From assembly GCA_963845065.1 (NCBI GenBank), contig CAWJQQ010000008.1, positions 416,001-480,000 on the forward strand: a DNA stretch of 64,000 nt. The letters are read 5' to 3'. Below the pieces are notes generated by a model. The model saw only the letters and a program-made list of their open reading frames with translations, had not been told where the DNA came from and did not search any database. Shown piece by piece: positions 13,159 through 24,317 of the stretch (position 1 is its first letter; each line of letters opens with the position of its first letter). Made by a program: the position numbers and the translations under genes. This DNA is from Nitrospirota bacterium (GTDB taxonomy: Bacteria; Nitrospirota; UBA9217).

Positions 13159-14418
13159 ATGATGACCATTACTGAAAAGATACTTGCCGCACATTGCGGC
13201 AAAAAAGAAGTAGTTCCGGGCGAACTGATCAATGCCAGGCTCGATCTGGTGCTCGCGAATGATATTACCGCGCCGATCTCGATCAAGGAGTATCGCGCTG
13301 TCGGCGCAAAGAAGGTGTTCGATCCAGAACGGATTGCGCTCATTCCCGACCACTTCGCTCCGAATAAGGACATTGCCTCTGCGGAACAGTGCGCCATGCT
13401 CAGGCAGTTCTCCCGCGAGCACGATCTGTCGCTCTACTTCGAGGTCGGCAGGATGGGTGTGGAGCATGCGCTCCTTCCTGAGCAGGGGATCGTGGTCCCC
13501 GGCGACGTTGTAATCGGTGCGGACAGCCACACGTGCACGTACGGCGGTCTTGGCGCGTTCTCGACAGGCGTCGGCAGCACCGACGTTGCCTCAGCAATGA
13601 TAACGGGCGAGGCCTGGTTCAAGGTGCCCGAGAGCATGAGGTTCATTTACACAGGCAAGATCGGCAAGTGGATCGGGGGCAAAGACATAATCCTCAAGAC
13701 CATCGGCGATATCGGCGTTGACGGTGCGCGCTACCGTGCCATGGAGTTTACCGGTGAAGTGATCCGGAAGCTTACTATGGCCGGACGACTGACCATCTGC
13801 AACATGGCCATCGAGGCAGGGGGCAAGAACGGCATAATCGAACCCGATGAAATCACCGAAAAATACGTGTCGAAGCGCGCCCGGCGCAAGTACAAGTTTT
13901 TCAAGAGCGATAAAAAAGCGAACTATGCAGATGTGCGCGAGTATGATCTGACCGGCATGGAGCCGCAAATTGCCTGCCCGCACCTGCCAGAAAACGTTAA
14001 ACCAGTGAGTGAACTCGCGGCCATCAATATCGATCAGTCCGTGGTGGGCTCCTGCACGAACGGACGGATCGAAGACATGCGCGAGGCGGCCAAGGTGATC
14101 AATGGCCACAAGGTCCATCCGTACGTACGCATGATCGTAATCCCTGCCACCCAGGCGATCTATAAACAGTGCATCAAGGAAGGCCTCGTTGATGTATTCA
14201 TCGACGCAGGAGCGGCGTTCAGCACGCCTACCTGCGGACCGTGTCTCGGCGGGCACATGGGCGTTCTGGCCGCAGGGGAACGCGCCATAGCTACAACCAA
14301 CAGGAATTTCGTTGGCAGGATGGGCCATCCCAAGAGTGAAGTGTATCTCTCAAGCCCTGCAATAGCTGCGGCGTCTGCAGTCCTCGGCAGGATCGGGAGA
14401 CCCGAAGAGCTTAAGTAA
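13159..14418 (+). CDS. leuC: 3-isopropylmalate dehydratase large subunit
   Basis: GADSHTCT, GSCTNGR, CGPCLG, TNRNFVGRMG. Confidence 0.97.
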   Translation: MMTITEKILAAHCGKKEVVPGELINARLDLVLANDITAPISIKEYRAVGAKKVFDPERIALIPDHFAPNKDIASAEQCAMLRQFSREHDLSLYFEVGRMGVEHALLPEQGIVVPGDVVIGADSHTCTYGGLGAFSTGVGSTDVASAMITGEAWFKVPESMRFIYTGKIGKWIGGKDIILKTIGDIGVDGARYRAMEFTGEVIRKLTMAGRLTICNMAIEAGGKNGIIEPDEITEKYVSKRARRKYKFFKSDKKANYADVREYDLTGMEPQIACPHLPENVKPVSELAAINIDQSVVGSCTNGRIEDMREAAKVINGHKVHPYVRMIVIPATQAIYKQCIKEGLVDVFIDAGAAFSTPTCGPCLGGHMGVLAAGERAIATTNRNFVGRMGHPKSEVYLSSPAIAAASAVLGRIGRPEELK

Positions 14419-14602
14419 ATTTTTTCTGCTGAGCCTGGAACACGTTGAAAAGCAAGACGTAAGTAATGTACATCGAGGGACGCAGGGGAAAGCAAGAAAT
14501 TCGCCACGAATATTCGCGAATGAGGGCGAATGGAAACTTGACTAAAATGTATCAAACGTTGTTACTATCCGCGTATCTCCGTGGTTAGGAAAGAGGGTCT
14601 CA

Positions 14603-15100
14603 ATGAAATTGAAGGGAAATGCATGGAAATTCGGCGCTGATGTCGACACGGATGCAATAGTTCCGGCACGGTACCTGAACACGTCTGACCCGAAGGAACT
14701 GGCGAAACACTGCATGGAAGACTCAACAACGCCGGACTTCATGAAAAAAATGAAGCCAGGCGACATCATTGTCGCTGAGAAAAATTTCGGGTGCGGGTCG
14801 TCGCGCGAGCATGCGCCGATCGCGATCAAGGCTGCCGGCGTGTCCTGCGTCGTTGCTAAAAGCTTTGCCCGCATTTTCTACCGGAACTGCTTCAATATGG
14901 GGCTTCCGATCTTCGAGAGCGCTGAGGCGGTCGATGGAATCAATGAAGGCGACCTGGTTGAAGTGGACGCTGATAACGGAGTGATACGCAACATCACCAC
15001 GAATAAACAGTTCAAGGCAATTCCGGTGCCGCCTTTTATGCAGGAGCTTATCGCTGCAGGCGGGCTCATGGCATACACGAAAAAGAAGGCAGGCCTGTAA
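14603..15100 (+). CDS. leuD: 3-isopropylmalate dehydratase small subunit
   Basis: [29 protein letters not shown]. Confidence 0.97.
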   Translation: MKLKGNAWKFGADVDTDAIVPARYLNTSDPKELAKHCMEDSTTPDFMKKMKPGDIIVAEKNFGCGSSREHAPIAIKAAGVSCVVAKSFARIFYRNCFNMGLPIFESAEAVDGINEGDLVEVDADNGVIRNITTNKQFKAIPVPPFMQELIAAGGLMAYTKKKAGL

Positions 15101-15441
15101 TTGACAGCGTCTTTCAACCCGATAAAGACGCTCCGGTCCGAACGGCAATCGCATTCTCTCTGTGATCCGTGCGTGTATTTTAGCAAAAACCTTGATCCAT
15201 CCTATTCCTCATCCAACATGCCCTCGGAGCACTCTTGCGGATTAGATTTTATCCCCGGCGACGACAAATGTAATGAGATGTGGACGAACAATTGCAGCAC
15301 GAGAAAAGCTTAAACATTCGGGAAAAAAGACAAAATGATTTAACAAGGGAGAACGCCTCCACCTCATCTCCATTTCACTTTTTTATGCTGCCTTTCCCCT
15401 GAATCTTAAATTTGAATATCCTTTGAGAGGGACTATCACCC

Positions 15442-16518
15442 ATGACAAAGACCTACAAGATCGCAATAATCCCCGGTGACGGAACCGGACCCGAGGTCGT
15501 AAAAGAGGCTGTTAAAGTTATTGATGCTGCAGCCGCGAAGGGCGGGTACAAGCTTGAGTATACAGAGTTCGACTTCGGCGCTGCCCGTTATTTAAAGACC
15601 GGCGAGACGCTCCCCGACAGCGCTATTGGCGAGTTCAGGAAGTTTGACTCCATGTTCCTCGGCGCGATTGGGCATCCCGATGTAAAACCCGGCATCCTCG
15701 AAACAGGCATCCTCCTTAAGATTCGTTTTGCTCTGGACCAGTATATCAATCTCAGGCCGGTGAAACTCTATCCCAATGTGGATACACCGCTTAAGGACAA
15801 GGGGCCAGAGCATATCGATTTCGTGGTCATTCGCGAGAACACGGGTGGCATCTACACCGGCCACGGCGGTGCGACGCGTGTCGGCACGACTGAGGAAATC
15901 GCTACGCAGCTCATGATATACGACCGCCGTACCGTGGACAGGTGTCTCAAGTACGCCTTTGAGCTTAAGAAGAAGCGCAACGCGCAAAATCCCAAGTATG
16001 CTGCAAAACCAATCACGCTCATCCACAAGCGGAATGTGCTTACCTATTGCGGCGACCTCTGGTACCGCGCGTTTGAAGAGATGGGCGCAAGGCAGTATCC
16101 GGAAATCAAGCGCGACTATAACCATATTGACGCCGCGAACATGTGGATCGTAAAAAACCCCGAATGGTTCGACGTAGCAGTCGCGGAAAACCTGTTCGGC
16201 GACATCATTACCGATCTGGCCGCTATGATTCAGGGCGGCCTGGGCGTGGCCTCTGGCGGGAACATCAATCCTGAAGGAGTTTCGATGTTCGAGCCCATGG
16301 GAGGCAGCGCGCCGAAATATGCCGGGCAGAATGTAATTAATCCCGTGGCTGCTATCGGCGCTGCTATGATGATGCTCGACTCGCTCGGAGAAACAAAATC
16401 TGCCCAGACTATCGAGAATGCCATGATGACGACGATGAAGAGAATGAAGAGCCAGGCAGCAGGGAAGATGGGCATGGCCACAACCGAGGTGGGCGACATG
16501 ATAGCGGGGCTGGTTTAA
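15442..16518 (+). CDS. leuB: 3-isopropylmalate dehydrogenase
   Basis: [35 protein letters not shown]; operon context. Confidence 0.93.
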   Translation: MTKTYKIAIIPGDGTGPEVVKEAVKVIDAAAAKGGYKLEYTEFDFGAARYLKTGETLPDSAIGEFRKFDSMFLGAIGHPDVKPGILETGILLKIRFALDQYINLRPVKLYPNVDTPLKDKGPEHIDFVVIRENTGGIYTGHGGATRVGTTEEIATQLMIYDRRTVDRCLKYAFELKKKRNAQNPKYAAKPITLIHKRNVLTYCGDLWYRAFEEMGARQYPEIKRDYNHIDAANMWIVKNPEWFDVAVAENLFGDIITDLAAMIQGGLGVASGGNINPEGVSMFEPMGGSAPKYAGQNVINPVAAIGAAMMMLDSLGETKSAQTIENAMMTTMKRMKSQAAGKMGMATTEVGDMIAGLV

Positions 16519-16575
16519 ATCTGAACAGAGTTTTATAGTTAATACATAAAATTAAAAAGGCAGCGGAGAATTCAA

Positions 16576-17688
16576 ATGATAAGGGTAGGTTTTGTCGGTT
16601 GGCGCGGTATGGTGGGATCAGTACTCATGGGCCGCATGAAAGAGGAAAAAGACTTCGACCTTGTAGATCCAGTGTTCTTCACCACCTCGAACGTGGGCGG
16701 GAAGGGACCGAACATCGGAAAGGAATTCCCTGCGCTCAAGGATGCCAAGGACATCCATGAAATTAAGAAACTGGACGCGATCGTCTCCTGCCAGGGAGGA
16801 GAATATACGACAGAAGTGTACCCCAGGCTTCGTGCGGAAGGCTGGAAGGGATATTGGATTGACGCCGCATCGACGCTCCGGATGACCAGCGACTCGGTCA
16901 TCATCCTAGACCCCGTGAACATGAAGGTGATTAAGGACGGGCTAGCCAAGGGGATTAAAAATTATATCGGCGGTAACTGCACCGTTTCTCTCATGCTTAT
17001 GGCATTGGGCGGGTTGTACGAACGAGACCTCATCGAATGGATGAGCGCAATGACCTACCAGGCTGCCTCAGGGGCGGGTGCGAACAACATGCGCGAGCTC
17101 TTGACGCAAATGGGCTCTGCATATAACGCGGTAAAAAATCTCCTTGACGACCCCGCTTCAGCGATCCTGGAAATTGACAGCAAGGTCGCGGCGCGCGTCC
17201 GTTCTCATGCCTATCCTACGGAATTCTTCGGGGCACCGCTTGCTTGTTCGCTCATCCCCTGGATCGACAAACAGCTCGACAATGGCCAGAGTCGCGAGGA
17301 GTGGAAGGGGCAGGCTGAGACGAACAAGATTCTGGGCAGAGAAAACAATCCGGTCCCCGTTGACGGCACCTGTGTCAGGATCGGCGCGATGCGGTGCCAC
17401 AGCCAGGCGCTTACGATTAAATTGAAGAAGGATGTTCCGATCAATGAAATAACGGACATGCTTGCAGAGCACAACCCGTGGGTAAAGGTTGTGCCGAACC
17501 AGCGTGAAACTTCGATGAAGGAACTGACACCTGCGGCGACCACCGGCACTCTCGCTGTCCCCGTGGGGCGCCTGCGCAAGATGAATATGGGCCCCACCTT
17601 CCTGAATGCTTTTACGTGCGGTGACCAGCTTCTCTGGGGTGCGGCAGAGCCGCTTCGCAGGATGCTTCGGATCGTGGTGGACAAATAA
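16576..17688 (+). CDS. asd: Aspartate-semialdehyde dehydrogenase (E. coli-like type)
   Basis: [29 protein letters not shown]. Confidence 0.97.
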   Translation: MIRVGFVGWRGMVGSVLMGRMKEEKDFDLVDPVFFTTSNVGGKGPNIGKEFPALKDAKDIHEIKKLDAIVSCQGGEYTTEVYPRLRAEGWKGYWIDAASTLRMTSDSVIILDPVNMKVIKDGLAKGIKNYIGGNCTVSLMLMALGGLYERDLIEWMSAMTYQAASGAGANNMRELLTQMGSAYNAVKNLLDDPASAILEIDSKVAARVRSHAYPTEFFGAPLACSLIPWIDKQLDNGQSREEWKGQAETNKILGRENNPVPVDGTCVRIGAMRCHSQALTIKLKKDVPINEITDMLAEHNPWVKVVPNQRETSMKELTPAATTGTLAVPVGRLRKMNMGPTFLNAFTCGDQLLWGAAEPLRRMLRIVVDK

Positions 17689-17820
17689 GGACGTCATAAG
17701 ATGCACGTCGCGACCTGGGAGAGCCAAGAGAAGTGTAAATTCAGCGTTGTATATCCCGGATTTCAATTTCGGCGTTTTCAGCGTCCATTGTAGAAAAGGT
17801 TTTCTGCGGTCTTTCGGCAA

Positions 17821-18834
17821 ATGTTCAAAAAAAAAGACAAATATGCAGTTGCTGTCATCGGCGCAACCGGCGCAGTGGGCAGGGAAATGTTAGAAATTCT
17901 TGAGGAGCGGGCATTTCCCGTGAGCGGGATCGTCCCGCTCGCATCAGAGCGCTCCGAGGGCGAACGGGTAGAATTCAAAGGCAAGAACGTCATCGTCCGC
18001 CGCCTGGCTACGGATTCGTTCCAGGACGTTGATATTGCTTTTTTTTCCGCGGGTGCGGAACGCAGCCTGGAATTTGTTCCGTATGCGGTCAAGTCAGGCG
18101 CCGTGGTAATAGACAATTCAAGCGCATTTCGCATGAACCCTAACGTCCCGCTCGTCGTGCCTGAAGTAAACGCCCATGCCCTGGGCAATCACGGCGGCAT
18201 TGTCGCAAACCCGAACTGCGCTGCGATTGCATTGGTCATGGCCCTCAAACCCATCCACGATAAAGTAAAGATCAAACGCATCGTTGTCACGACATTCCAG
18301 TCCGTTTCCGGCACAGGAAAGGAAGGAATGGACGAACTTGCGAAGCAGACCGTGGCGCTCCTCAACTTCAAGGACGTAGAAACAAAGGTCTATCCGCACC
18401 AGATCGCGTTCAACTGCATCCCGCATATCGATGCCTTCCTTGAAAACGGCTCTACGAAGGAAGAGATGAAAATGGCGAACGAGACGAGGAAGATCATGGA
18501 AGATGATGCCATCCGCGTTACGGCGACGACGGTCCGCGTGCCGGTATTCAGATGCCACTCCGAATCGGTCAACATCGAGACCGAGGAAAAGATATCGGCG
18601 AATGAAGTGCGGGCGATCCTCTCGGAAGCACCGGGTGTCATTGTCTATGACGACCCGAATAAGAATATTTATCCTCTGGCCATTGATCTGGTAGGTAAAG
18701 ATGAGATCTATGTCGGCAGAGTGAGGGAAGATGAATCCATTCCGAACGGAATAAACCTTTGGCTGGTGTCCGACAATCTGCGAAAGGGCGCGGCGTTGAA
18801 CGCAGTGCAGATAGCGGAACTTTTAATAAAGTAA
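17821..18834 (+). CDS. asd: Aspartate-semialdehyde dehydrogenase, second type (Bacillus/USG-like)
   Basis: GATGAVG, ANPNC, QSVSGTG, DNLRKGAALNAVQIAE. Confidence 0.93.
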   Translation: MFKKKDKYAVAVIGATGAVGREMLEILEERAFPVSGIVPLASERSEGERVEFKGKNVIVRRLATDSFQDVDIAFFSAGAERSLEFVPYAVKSGAVVIDNSSAFRMNPNVPLVVPEVNAHALGNHGGIVANPNCAAIALVMALKPIHDKVKIKRIVVTTFQSVSGTGKEGMDELAKQTVALLNFKDVETKVYPHQIAFNCIPHIDAFLENGSTKEEMKMANETRKIMEDDAIRVTATTVRVPVFRCHSESVNIETEEKISANEVRAILSEAPGVIVYDDPNKNIYPLAIDLVGKDEIYVGRVREDESIPNGINLWLVSDNLRKGAALNAVQIAELLIK

Positions 18835-18929
18835 GCGATTAGCGGCAGGCAGAATGCGGAAGAGTGAGCATAAACAGACCGGGGCTTGCTGGATGATGTT
18901 TTTCATGTGCAATCAAGCGGTTTTTCTCT

Positions 18930-19772
18930 ATGTACAATCTGATCTCTAAAATATTTGAAAAACTAGAACGGGGTTTAAGCCCCAAGGAAAAGGCGGTCAT
19001 TGTTTCCCTTATGCTCGTCATCGCAGTCCTGGGGATCGTTCTTGGCATCCGCTATTATAACTATATCCAGAAGGATCCTGAGTTCTGCAGCAGCTGTCAT
19101 CTCATGAAGGAAGCCTACACGGTGTGGAAGCTATCGGGACACAATAGCATCGTGTGCCAGACCTGCCATAAACTCGGGCTCATCGAACAGAACATGTTGC
19201 TCGTCAAGTTTGTTTTTATGACAGACCGAAGATCGTCGGAGCCGCACGGTAACGAGACGCCTTGGACGACGTGCGTGCAATGTCACTGGGATGAGGCAAA
19301 GCAGGGATCGGTGTCGGTGAGTAAGTCGATTGGCCATGACCGGCACGTGTTCACGGAGAAACTGACCTGTAAGGATTGCCACAGCAAGAGGGGACATTCC
19401 TTCCGGCCGCAAAAGGATGCGTGCCTCCGCTGCCATAAGGACTGGAAAATTCACGGCGTGGGCATGGAGGAGATTTCCTGCCTCCGCTGCCACCCATTCT
19501 CGCCCAGGAAGCAGGTAGCGTTCATCCCTGACCGCGAGCGATGTCTTTCATGCCACCGGAAATCCAAGAAAGATCTCTTTCCGGACAAGGTTCCTATGGC
19601 GCGACTGAACTGCTACGAGTGCCATAAACCGCACGCGCACATAAAGCCTACCGATGAGGATTGCCTGCGGTGCCATACCCGCGAGGTATTGGATAGGAAA
19701 TCCGTTCACCGATCAACAAAAGCTGCCTGCAAGTCGTGTCACGTCCCGCATCGGTGGTCGGCGCGGCGATAA
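18930..19772 (+). CDS. Membrane-anchored decaheme cytochrome c (NapC/NirT-like N-terminus)
   Basis: One N-terminal transmembrane helix followed by 10 CxxCH motifs. Confidence 0.9.
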   Translation: MYNLISKIFEKLERGLSPKEKAVIVSLMLVIAVLGIVLGIRYYNYIQKDPEFCSSCHLMKEAYTVWKLSGHNSIVCQTCHKLGLIEQNMLLVKFVFMTDRRSSEPHGNETPWTTCVQCHWDEAKQGSVSVSKSIGHDRHVFTEKLTCKDCHSKRGHSFRPQKDACLRCHKDWKIHGVGMEEISCLRCHPFSPRKQVAFIPDRERCLSCHRKSKKDLFPDKVPMARLNCYECHKPHAHIKPTDEDCLRCHTREVLDRKSVHRSTKAACKSCHVPHRWSARR

Positions 19773-19794
19773 GTATCCCCTCGGTTCGCGCCGG

Positions 19795-20043
19795 TCAGCG
19801 TTTTCTCGACTTTTTCCTGAGGTTGTTCAAGAAAAGTTCGTTCGGCTCGACTTTGTAGATACTGCACAGCGTGAGGAGCTTCATCAGGCTCGGATTGGTT
19901 TCCTTCCCTGATTCGAGGCGAGAAATATAACCTTGGGTGATTTTGCCGCGGTGGTCGGAAGCAATCCCAGAAAGGCGCGCTACTTCGCTCATCGACATCT
20001 TATGCTGGATGCGTAATTTTTTTAATTTATCTGCTAGGGTCAT
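19795..20043 (-). CDS. XRE-family HTH transcriptional regulator
   Basis: LKKLR...MSMSEVA...YISRLESGKETNPS. Confidence 0.9.
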   Translation of the reverse strand: MTLADKLKKLRIQHKMSMSEVARLSGIASDHRGKITQGYISRLESGKETNPSLMKLLTLCSIYKVEPNELFLNNLRKKSRKR

Positions 20044-20048
20044 GAGGA

Positions 20049-20077
20049 GATATACCTTTTTTTTACGTTAGTGTCAA
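20049..20077 (-). promoter_or_regulatory. Sigma70-type promoter giving a probable leaderless mRNA for the XRE gene
   Basis: Minus strand reads TTGACA-17 bp-TATATC-5 nt-ATG. Confidence 0.55.
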
Positions 20078-20191
20078 TAAAAAGTTGCGGTAAATATTAA
20101 TATTATAATGTTCCATGAGTGCAATAATTTGTGCTATATTTAAAAATAAATTTAATCATTTACATCCAAAGTCTGACTGTGGAGGAAGGAC

Positions 20192-20458
20192 ATGTACAAG
20201 CTTGAGATTCTAGAAAAAAAGCGTCTGGAGAAGGGGCTGAGCTACACCGAAATTGCGGATAACTTGGGGATACATAAAGTAACCGTATCGAGGACACTGA
20301 GGGGCATGTCGATGAAACCGCGGACCGTCAAGCGTCTCGCCGATTATCTGGGAGTGGAAATGGAGAAAATCTTGCAGCTTATTCTCGTAACATCATTGTT
20401 AGGCATCGCATGGTCTGAATCTTTTGTTATGGAACTAGAAAAAGTTACGATAACATAA
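20192..20458 (+). CDS. XRE/Cro-like HTH regulator
   Basis: RLEKGLSYTEIADNLGIHKVTVSRTL; GGAGG Shine-Dalgarno. Confidence 0.85.
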   Translation: MYKLEILEKKRLEKGLSYTEIADNLGIHKVTVSRTLRGMSMKPRTVKRLADYLGVEMEKILQLILVTSLLGIAWSESFVMELEKVTIT

Positions 20459-20619
20459 TCAATTTAACATTCATATTCGGTATTGCATGACTGTGAGTGA
20501 CCAATATTGAGCCAAGGGTAGGGCATTAATCAATCCTTTCTGCAATAAGTTCTCTATTTTTGTGACTGATTGCTTTTCTCACGATTAACTATGGACCCAC
20601 ATAGGGGAAAACGCCGTAG

Positions 20620-21024
20620 CTAAATGACTTTATCTATTAAATGTTTTTTCCCTTCGACATAGTATTCAAGATTCTTGAGCTCGTTACGGGAAAAAAACCC
20701 AAATTTAATCAGCATCCCTTTAGGATAATCTGCATTCTTCTGAGTTATTACCTGGACCCTACCCTTAATTTCTGACAACAATTTATATTCGGGGGGGATA
20801 TAAAAGTGCATGATCAAAGAAGTACCTTCAGGGAGAGGAGATTCTGTTCTCACGAATACACATGATTTGGTAATGTTCAATATGAAATCGTGATACTCTT
20901 CGTAGATGTTGTCTCCGTACTTCACGGCAAGATAAACGGGAAACGGGATAAGTTTTGGATCGTCATCGATAGCTGTCATCTCTTGCATGTTCCCGCCCGT
21001 ATCCAAAAAAAACTTTTTATCCAT
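20620..21024 (-). CDS. PilZ-like domain protein
   Basis: NITKSCVFVRTESPLPEG...GMLIKF pattern; no clear RxxxR motif. Confidence 0.7.
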   Translation of the reverse strand: MDKKFFLDTGGNMQEMTAIDDDPKLIPFPVYLAVKYGDNIYEEYHDFILNITKSCVFVRTESPLPEGTSLIMHFYIPPEYKLLSEIKGRVQVITQKNADYPKGMLIKFGFFSRNELKNLEYYVEGKKHLIDKVI

Positions 21025-21544
21025 GTCCCCACCCCGGCGTATTCGGAAGAAAATCCATTTCTATCTGAGGAACATCAAATTTAATGCTAACCTATGCATT
21101 GCAAGAAACCCCCTGGGGGACGAAATTCTTGCAGAGCGCTGACTATCAAAAACGCCTTCCCTCGCTGATGCGAGAATGCAGCCAGCAAGGTCTGCGACCG
21201 TACGTTTCTCGTCAATCAGAAAACTAATTTGTCATGTTGAGATCATTTCTTGGTATCGGTACCTCTCAGGGCAATGGGTTATGCTAATTATCGCTATATA
21301 AATTTTAGCACTTTATAGTATTGCTGCGGTACGACAACAAAAAAATGCTCAGATACTCCCTAGTTTTGCGGAAACCATACTAAAGTATTACGCGAGAGCA
21401 TTTGGTAAAACCAAGCGGGATAAGTTTTCGGAGTATTTGAGGGTCAATGCAATAAAATAAGACAGTTTGTAACTTTGAACGGTTGGTACGTGCATGGTGT
21501 ACGACTGGTTAGTCAAAATTTATCAATCGCCCCTGATTCCAAAA

Positions 21545-22327
21545 CTAGCCATTTTCAGATTTGTGTGCTGTAAAAAAGAGTCTTTTAAACGGGTATATGA
21601 TTCTCCCGTCGTGTTGAAGAGGATAATATTTTTTACTTTCATTTAACACCTCTTCCTCGAATTCCACTCTATTTTTGTCAGTTTGCAATCTTTCGAGAAC
21701 CGGCTTCATGGCAGTGCTCCTATACCAGTCAATGAGCTCCTGATGAGATTTCAATATATGATAATAAGTCGTTTGCCATATGGCAATTTTCTGTGTTAAA
21801 GAAATGAGAGTGTTGTAATAATACTCAGCGTTATGATAGGTTATTACCTGCTGAGATCCCACGGTGAGGGCGCTCCATTTCCTATTTTGAGATGTTCTCG
21901 CTATTATCTTGTATAACGGAGAATCATGATTCGCAGGTATTTGAATCGCCAGTATCCCGCTTTTTTTTACTAGCTGAAACAACCGAGGTATCAAAACATC
22001 ATGGTTTGGAATCCAATGTATCGCCGCGTTGGAAAAAACTATATCATATGTCTGATTAATTTCCAACGTTAAGGCGTCCCCGACTATCCATTGTTGGTTT
22101 GGATAATCTTTTCGAGCTCTTTCTATCATCTTTTCTGAATTATCAAGTCCGATAATAACAGCATTCGGCCACCGGGTATGCAGAATTTGAGTACTGTTTC
22201 CCGGGCCGCATCCTATATCGATGATAGTTTTAGGATCGTCACTGTGAATACGTGCAACAAGGTCTATAGAAGGCTGTGTCCTTTCCTGTTTAAATTGCAG
22301 GTATTGTTGAGGATCCCAATCTTGCAC
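21545..22327 (-). CDS. tam: Trans-aconitate 2-methyltransferase-like SAM methyltransferase
   Basis: WDPQQYLQF..ERTQP, DIGCGPGNST, FSNAAIHW, YPFKRLF. Confidence 0.88.
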   Translation of the reverse strand: MQDWDPQQYLQFKQERTQPSIDLVARIHSDDPKTIIDIGCGPGNSTQILHTRWPNAVIIGLDNSEKMIERARKDYPNQQWIVGDALTLEINQTYDIVFSNAAIHWIPNHDVLIPRLFQLVKKSGILAIQIPANHDSPLYKIIARTSQNRKWSALTVGSQQVITYHNAEYYYNTLISLTQKIAIWQTTYYHILKSHQELIDWYRSTAMKPVLERLQTDKNRVEFEEEVLNESKKYYPLQHDGRIIYPFKRLFFTAHKSENG

Positions 22328-22690
22328 TTTAATTTCCTCGTAATCCTTGCTAGTTATGCTGGATTATCAAGCGCTTACCATATTCCCCTTACCAAATTGG
22401 GTAAGGCTCACCCGGTACTGCGTCTATATTGTTATCAATCCTATCATTAAAAATCGACAGAAAGTTTTATCTTTGAAGGATACAAACAGGGTTTATCGCT
22501 GCAGGTAGAGTTACTAAATCAACTGCCTGAATGTCGCAGATATCGTTTGACCTGGCAATTAAACTAGGAGAACACCACGTTCGTTGTAACCAGTTGAAAC
22601 ACCATAAAAAAATAAAAAAGTATAACAGGATTCATTAATAAAGAGGCGCTGACCTCCTGCCGTGAAAGTTATACTCTGCTGCCAGACTCG

Positions 22691-23077
22691 TTATGTATGC
22701 TGCCACTTTTCCTTCTCCTCTACAAACGCCGTCTTGCCTGCATCCATTGCTTTTCCTACTATCGTTCGACCACCCTCATAGATATCTTTGCCTTTGTCAA
22801 TCGCCAGGGCAGCCCTCTCTATCGAATCCTTATAGATCTCTTTGCCTTTGTCAATCGCCAAGGCAGCTCTATCTATAGAGTCCTTATACAACTCCTTGCC
22901 TTTGTCAATGGCCAGGGAAACTCTCTCTTTCGAGTCGTGAGTGAACCGTTTGATGTCTTCCCTGACTTCTTTCCCCGATTTTGGAGCCAGCAGGAGCGTT
23001 AATCCTGCACCCACAACACCGCCCACCAGGAACGGCACCGCGATGTGGTATACTTTATTGGTAAGTTCCTCTTTCAT
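22691..23077 (-). CDS. YtxH-domain protein
   Basis: FLVGGVVGAGLTLLLAPKSGKEVR; AGGAG Shine-Dalgarno before MKEE. Confidence 0.88.
   Translation of the reverse strand: MKEELTNKVYHIAVPFLVGGVVGAGLTLLLAPKSGKEVREDIKRFTHDSKERVSLAIDKGKELYKDSIDRAALAIDKGKEIYKDSIERAALAIDKGKDIYEGGRTIVGKAMDAGKTAFVEEKEKWQHT
22781..22925 (-). repeat. In-frame 54-nt (18-aa) tandem repeat, about 2.6 copies, within the YtxH gene
   Basis: LAIDKGKELYKDSIDRAA / LAIDKGKEIYKDSIERAA / LAIDKGKDIYE. Confidence 0.85.
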
Positions 23078-23420
23078 AAACATCACTCCTTTCTTCTTTT
23101 CGCTTTTGTCCGTGGTCAGCGCCTCTACTATCATAATGCCAATCTTAAGCCCGATGAGAGCAACCCGTAACCTCTCTCTGCGAAACGTTCTTACTGTTAC
23201 ACTATTGAGCAACAACTTGCATGATGAACACCTCTCCACCCTTTGGTTCCTCATGCCCCACAAAAATTTTTACTACATTGTCTCTTTAATGTTAGTATAT
23301 CACTCTTTGGTAAATAAAATGACCTTCCTTTCCAAATAGTTTTCCTTCTTCGGTGTACCGGTCCATTAAGGCGGCCCATTCCCGATCGCTGTTTTATAAA
23401 ATGGATAAAACTCGTCATTG

Positions 23421-24317
23421 TCAGGTCTCAAATATTTGCCTATCCTCCCTTGTGCTGTCGTCCGTTTTGCGCTCAAGTTCAGCTATGACCTGTGCGCCGA
23501 GCAAAAGGATTAAGGCAACAGCCTCCGTACTGAGAAGTGCTACAACTGCTGTAGCGAAGGAGCCATAAATTAAATTAACCATGGATATCACCGAGTAATA
23601 CCAGACCAATATACGGCGGGTGATCTCCCATAAGATCGTCGCGGCCACCCCGCCAATCAATGCCCGCCGAAATGTGATGCGAACAACTGGCATAACCAGA
23701 TAGATGGACGTGAGCAGAAGGATCTCGCCAACGATCCCCAATGCATACAGCGCGAAACCTGAAAAGCCCTCAAGACTCAACCTCCATCCGAACAAGAGTA
23801 ATTGCCGTTTTTCGATGGTATCTATTGCTCCCGTAATGAATGACACCATCAATATTCCCAAACCCAAAACAAGGATATAGATGTAAGGGATAATGGCGGA
23901 AATGAGAAAGTGGCGGCGTTGAATTCTGACACGGTGAAAAAAAATCACTGACATGGCGTTTTCCAGGACGGTAAAGGCTATGGAACTGAAAAAAAGCATG
24001 ACCAGCAGACCAATGATACTGACCACTTTCCGATGCTCGAGAAACACCCGCACCTGATCAGTCAATGTTGCTGCGTAGCCAGGTATTATCATTTCCAGGT
24101 ACATTGATAAGGTTTGAAATAACTGGTCCTCTCCTATGAAGTGAGACAGGCCGATGAGGGCGAGAATAGACATCGGGACAATTGATAGCAAGGTATAGTA
24201 AGCCACAGCCCCGGATAACAGCAACCCTTGATTGCGTCTAAATCCACGCATAACCCTGAGCAACAAGCTCAAGAACCGCAGTAAAACTCCCCGTGCTGTA
24301 TGTCGTCTGTTCATCAT
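23421..24317 (-). CDS. YihY/BrkB-family membrane protein
   Basis: GAVAYYTLLS.VP and YGSF motifs; multiple transmembrane segments. Confidence 0.9.
   Translation of the reverse strand: MMNRRHTARGVLLRFLSLLLRVMRGFRRNQGLLLSGAVAYYTLLSIVPMSILALIGLSHFIGEDQLFQTLSMYLEMIIPGYAATLTDQVRVFLEHRKVVSIIGLLVMLFFSSIAFTVLENAMSVIFFHRVRIQRRHFLISAIIPYIYILVLGLGILMVSFITGAIDTIEKRQLLLFGWRLSLEGFSGFALYALGIVGEILLLTSIYLVMPVVRITFRRALIGGVAATILWEITRRILVWYYSVISMVNLIYGSFATAVVALLSTEAVALILLLGAQVIAELERKTDDSTREDRQIFET

Noticed and set aside
16576..18834. Two tandem asd genes as a novelty
   Set aside because: leuB-asd followed by a second asd/usg-type gene is a known arrangement in several Gram-negative lineages.
22781..22925. 54-nt repeats as a CRISPR array
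   Set aside because: They are contiguous, in-frame coding repeats with synonymous changes and no unique spacers.
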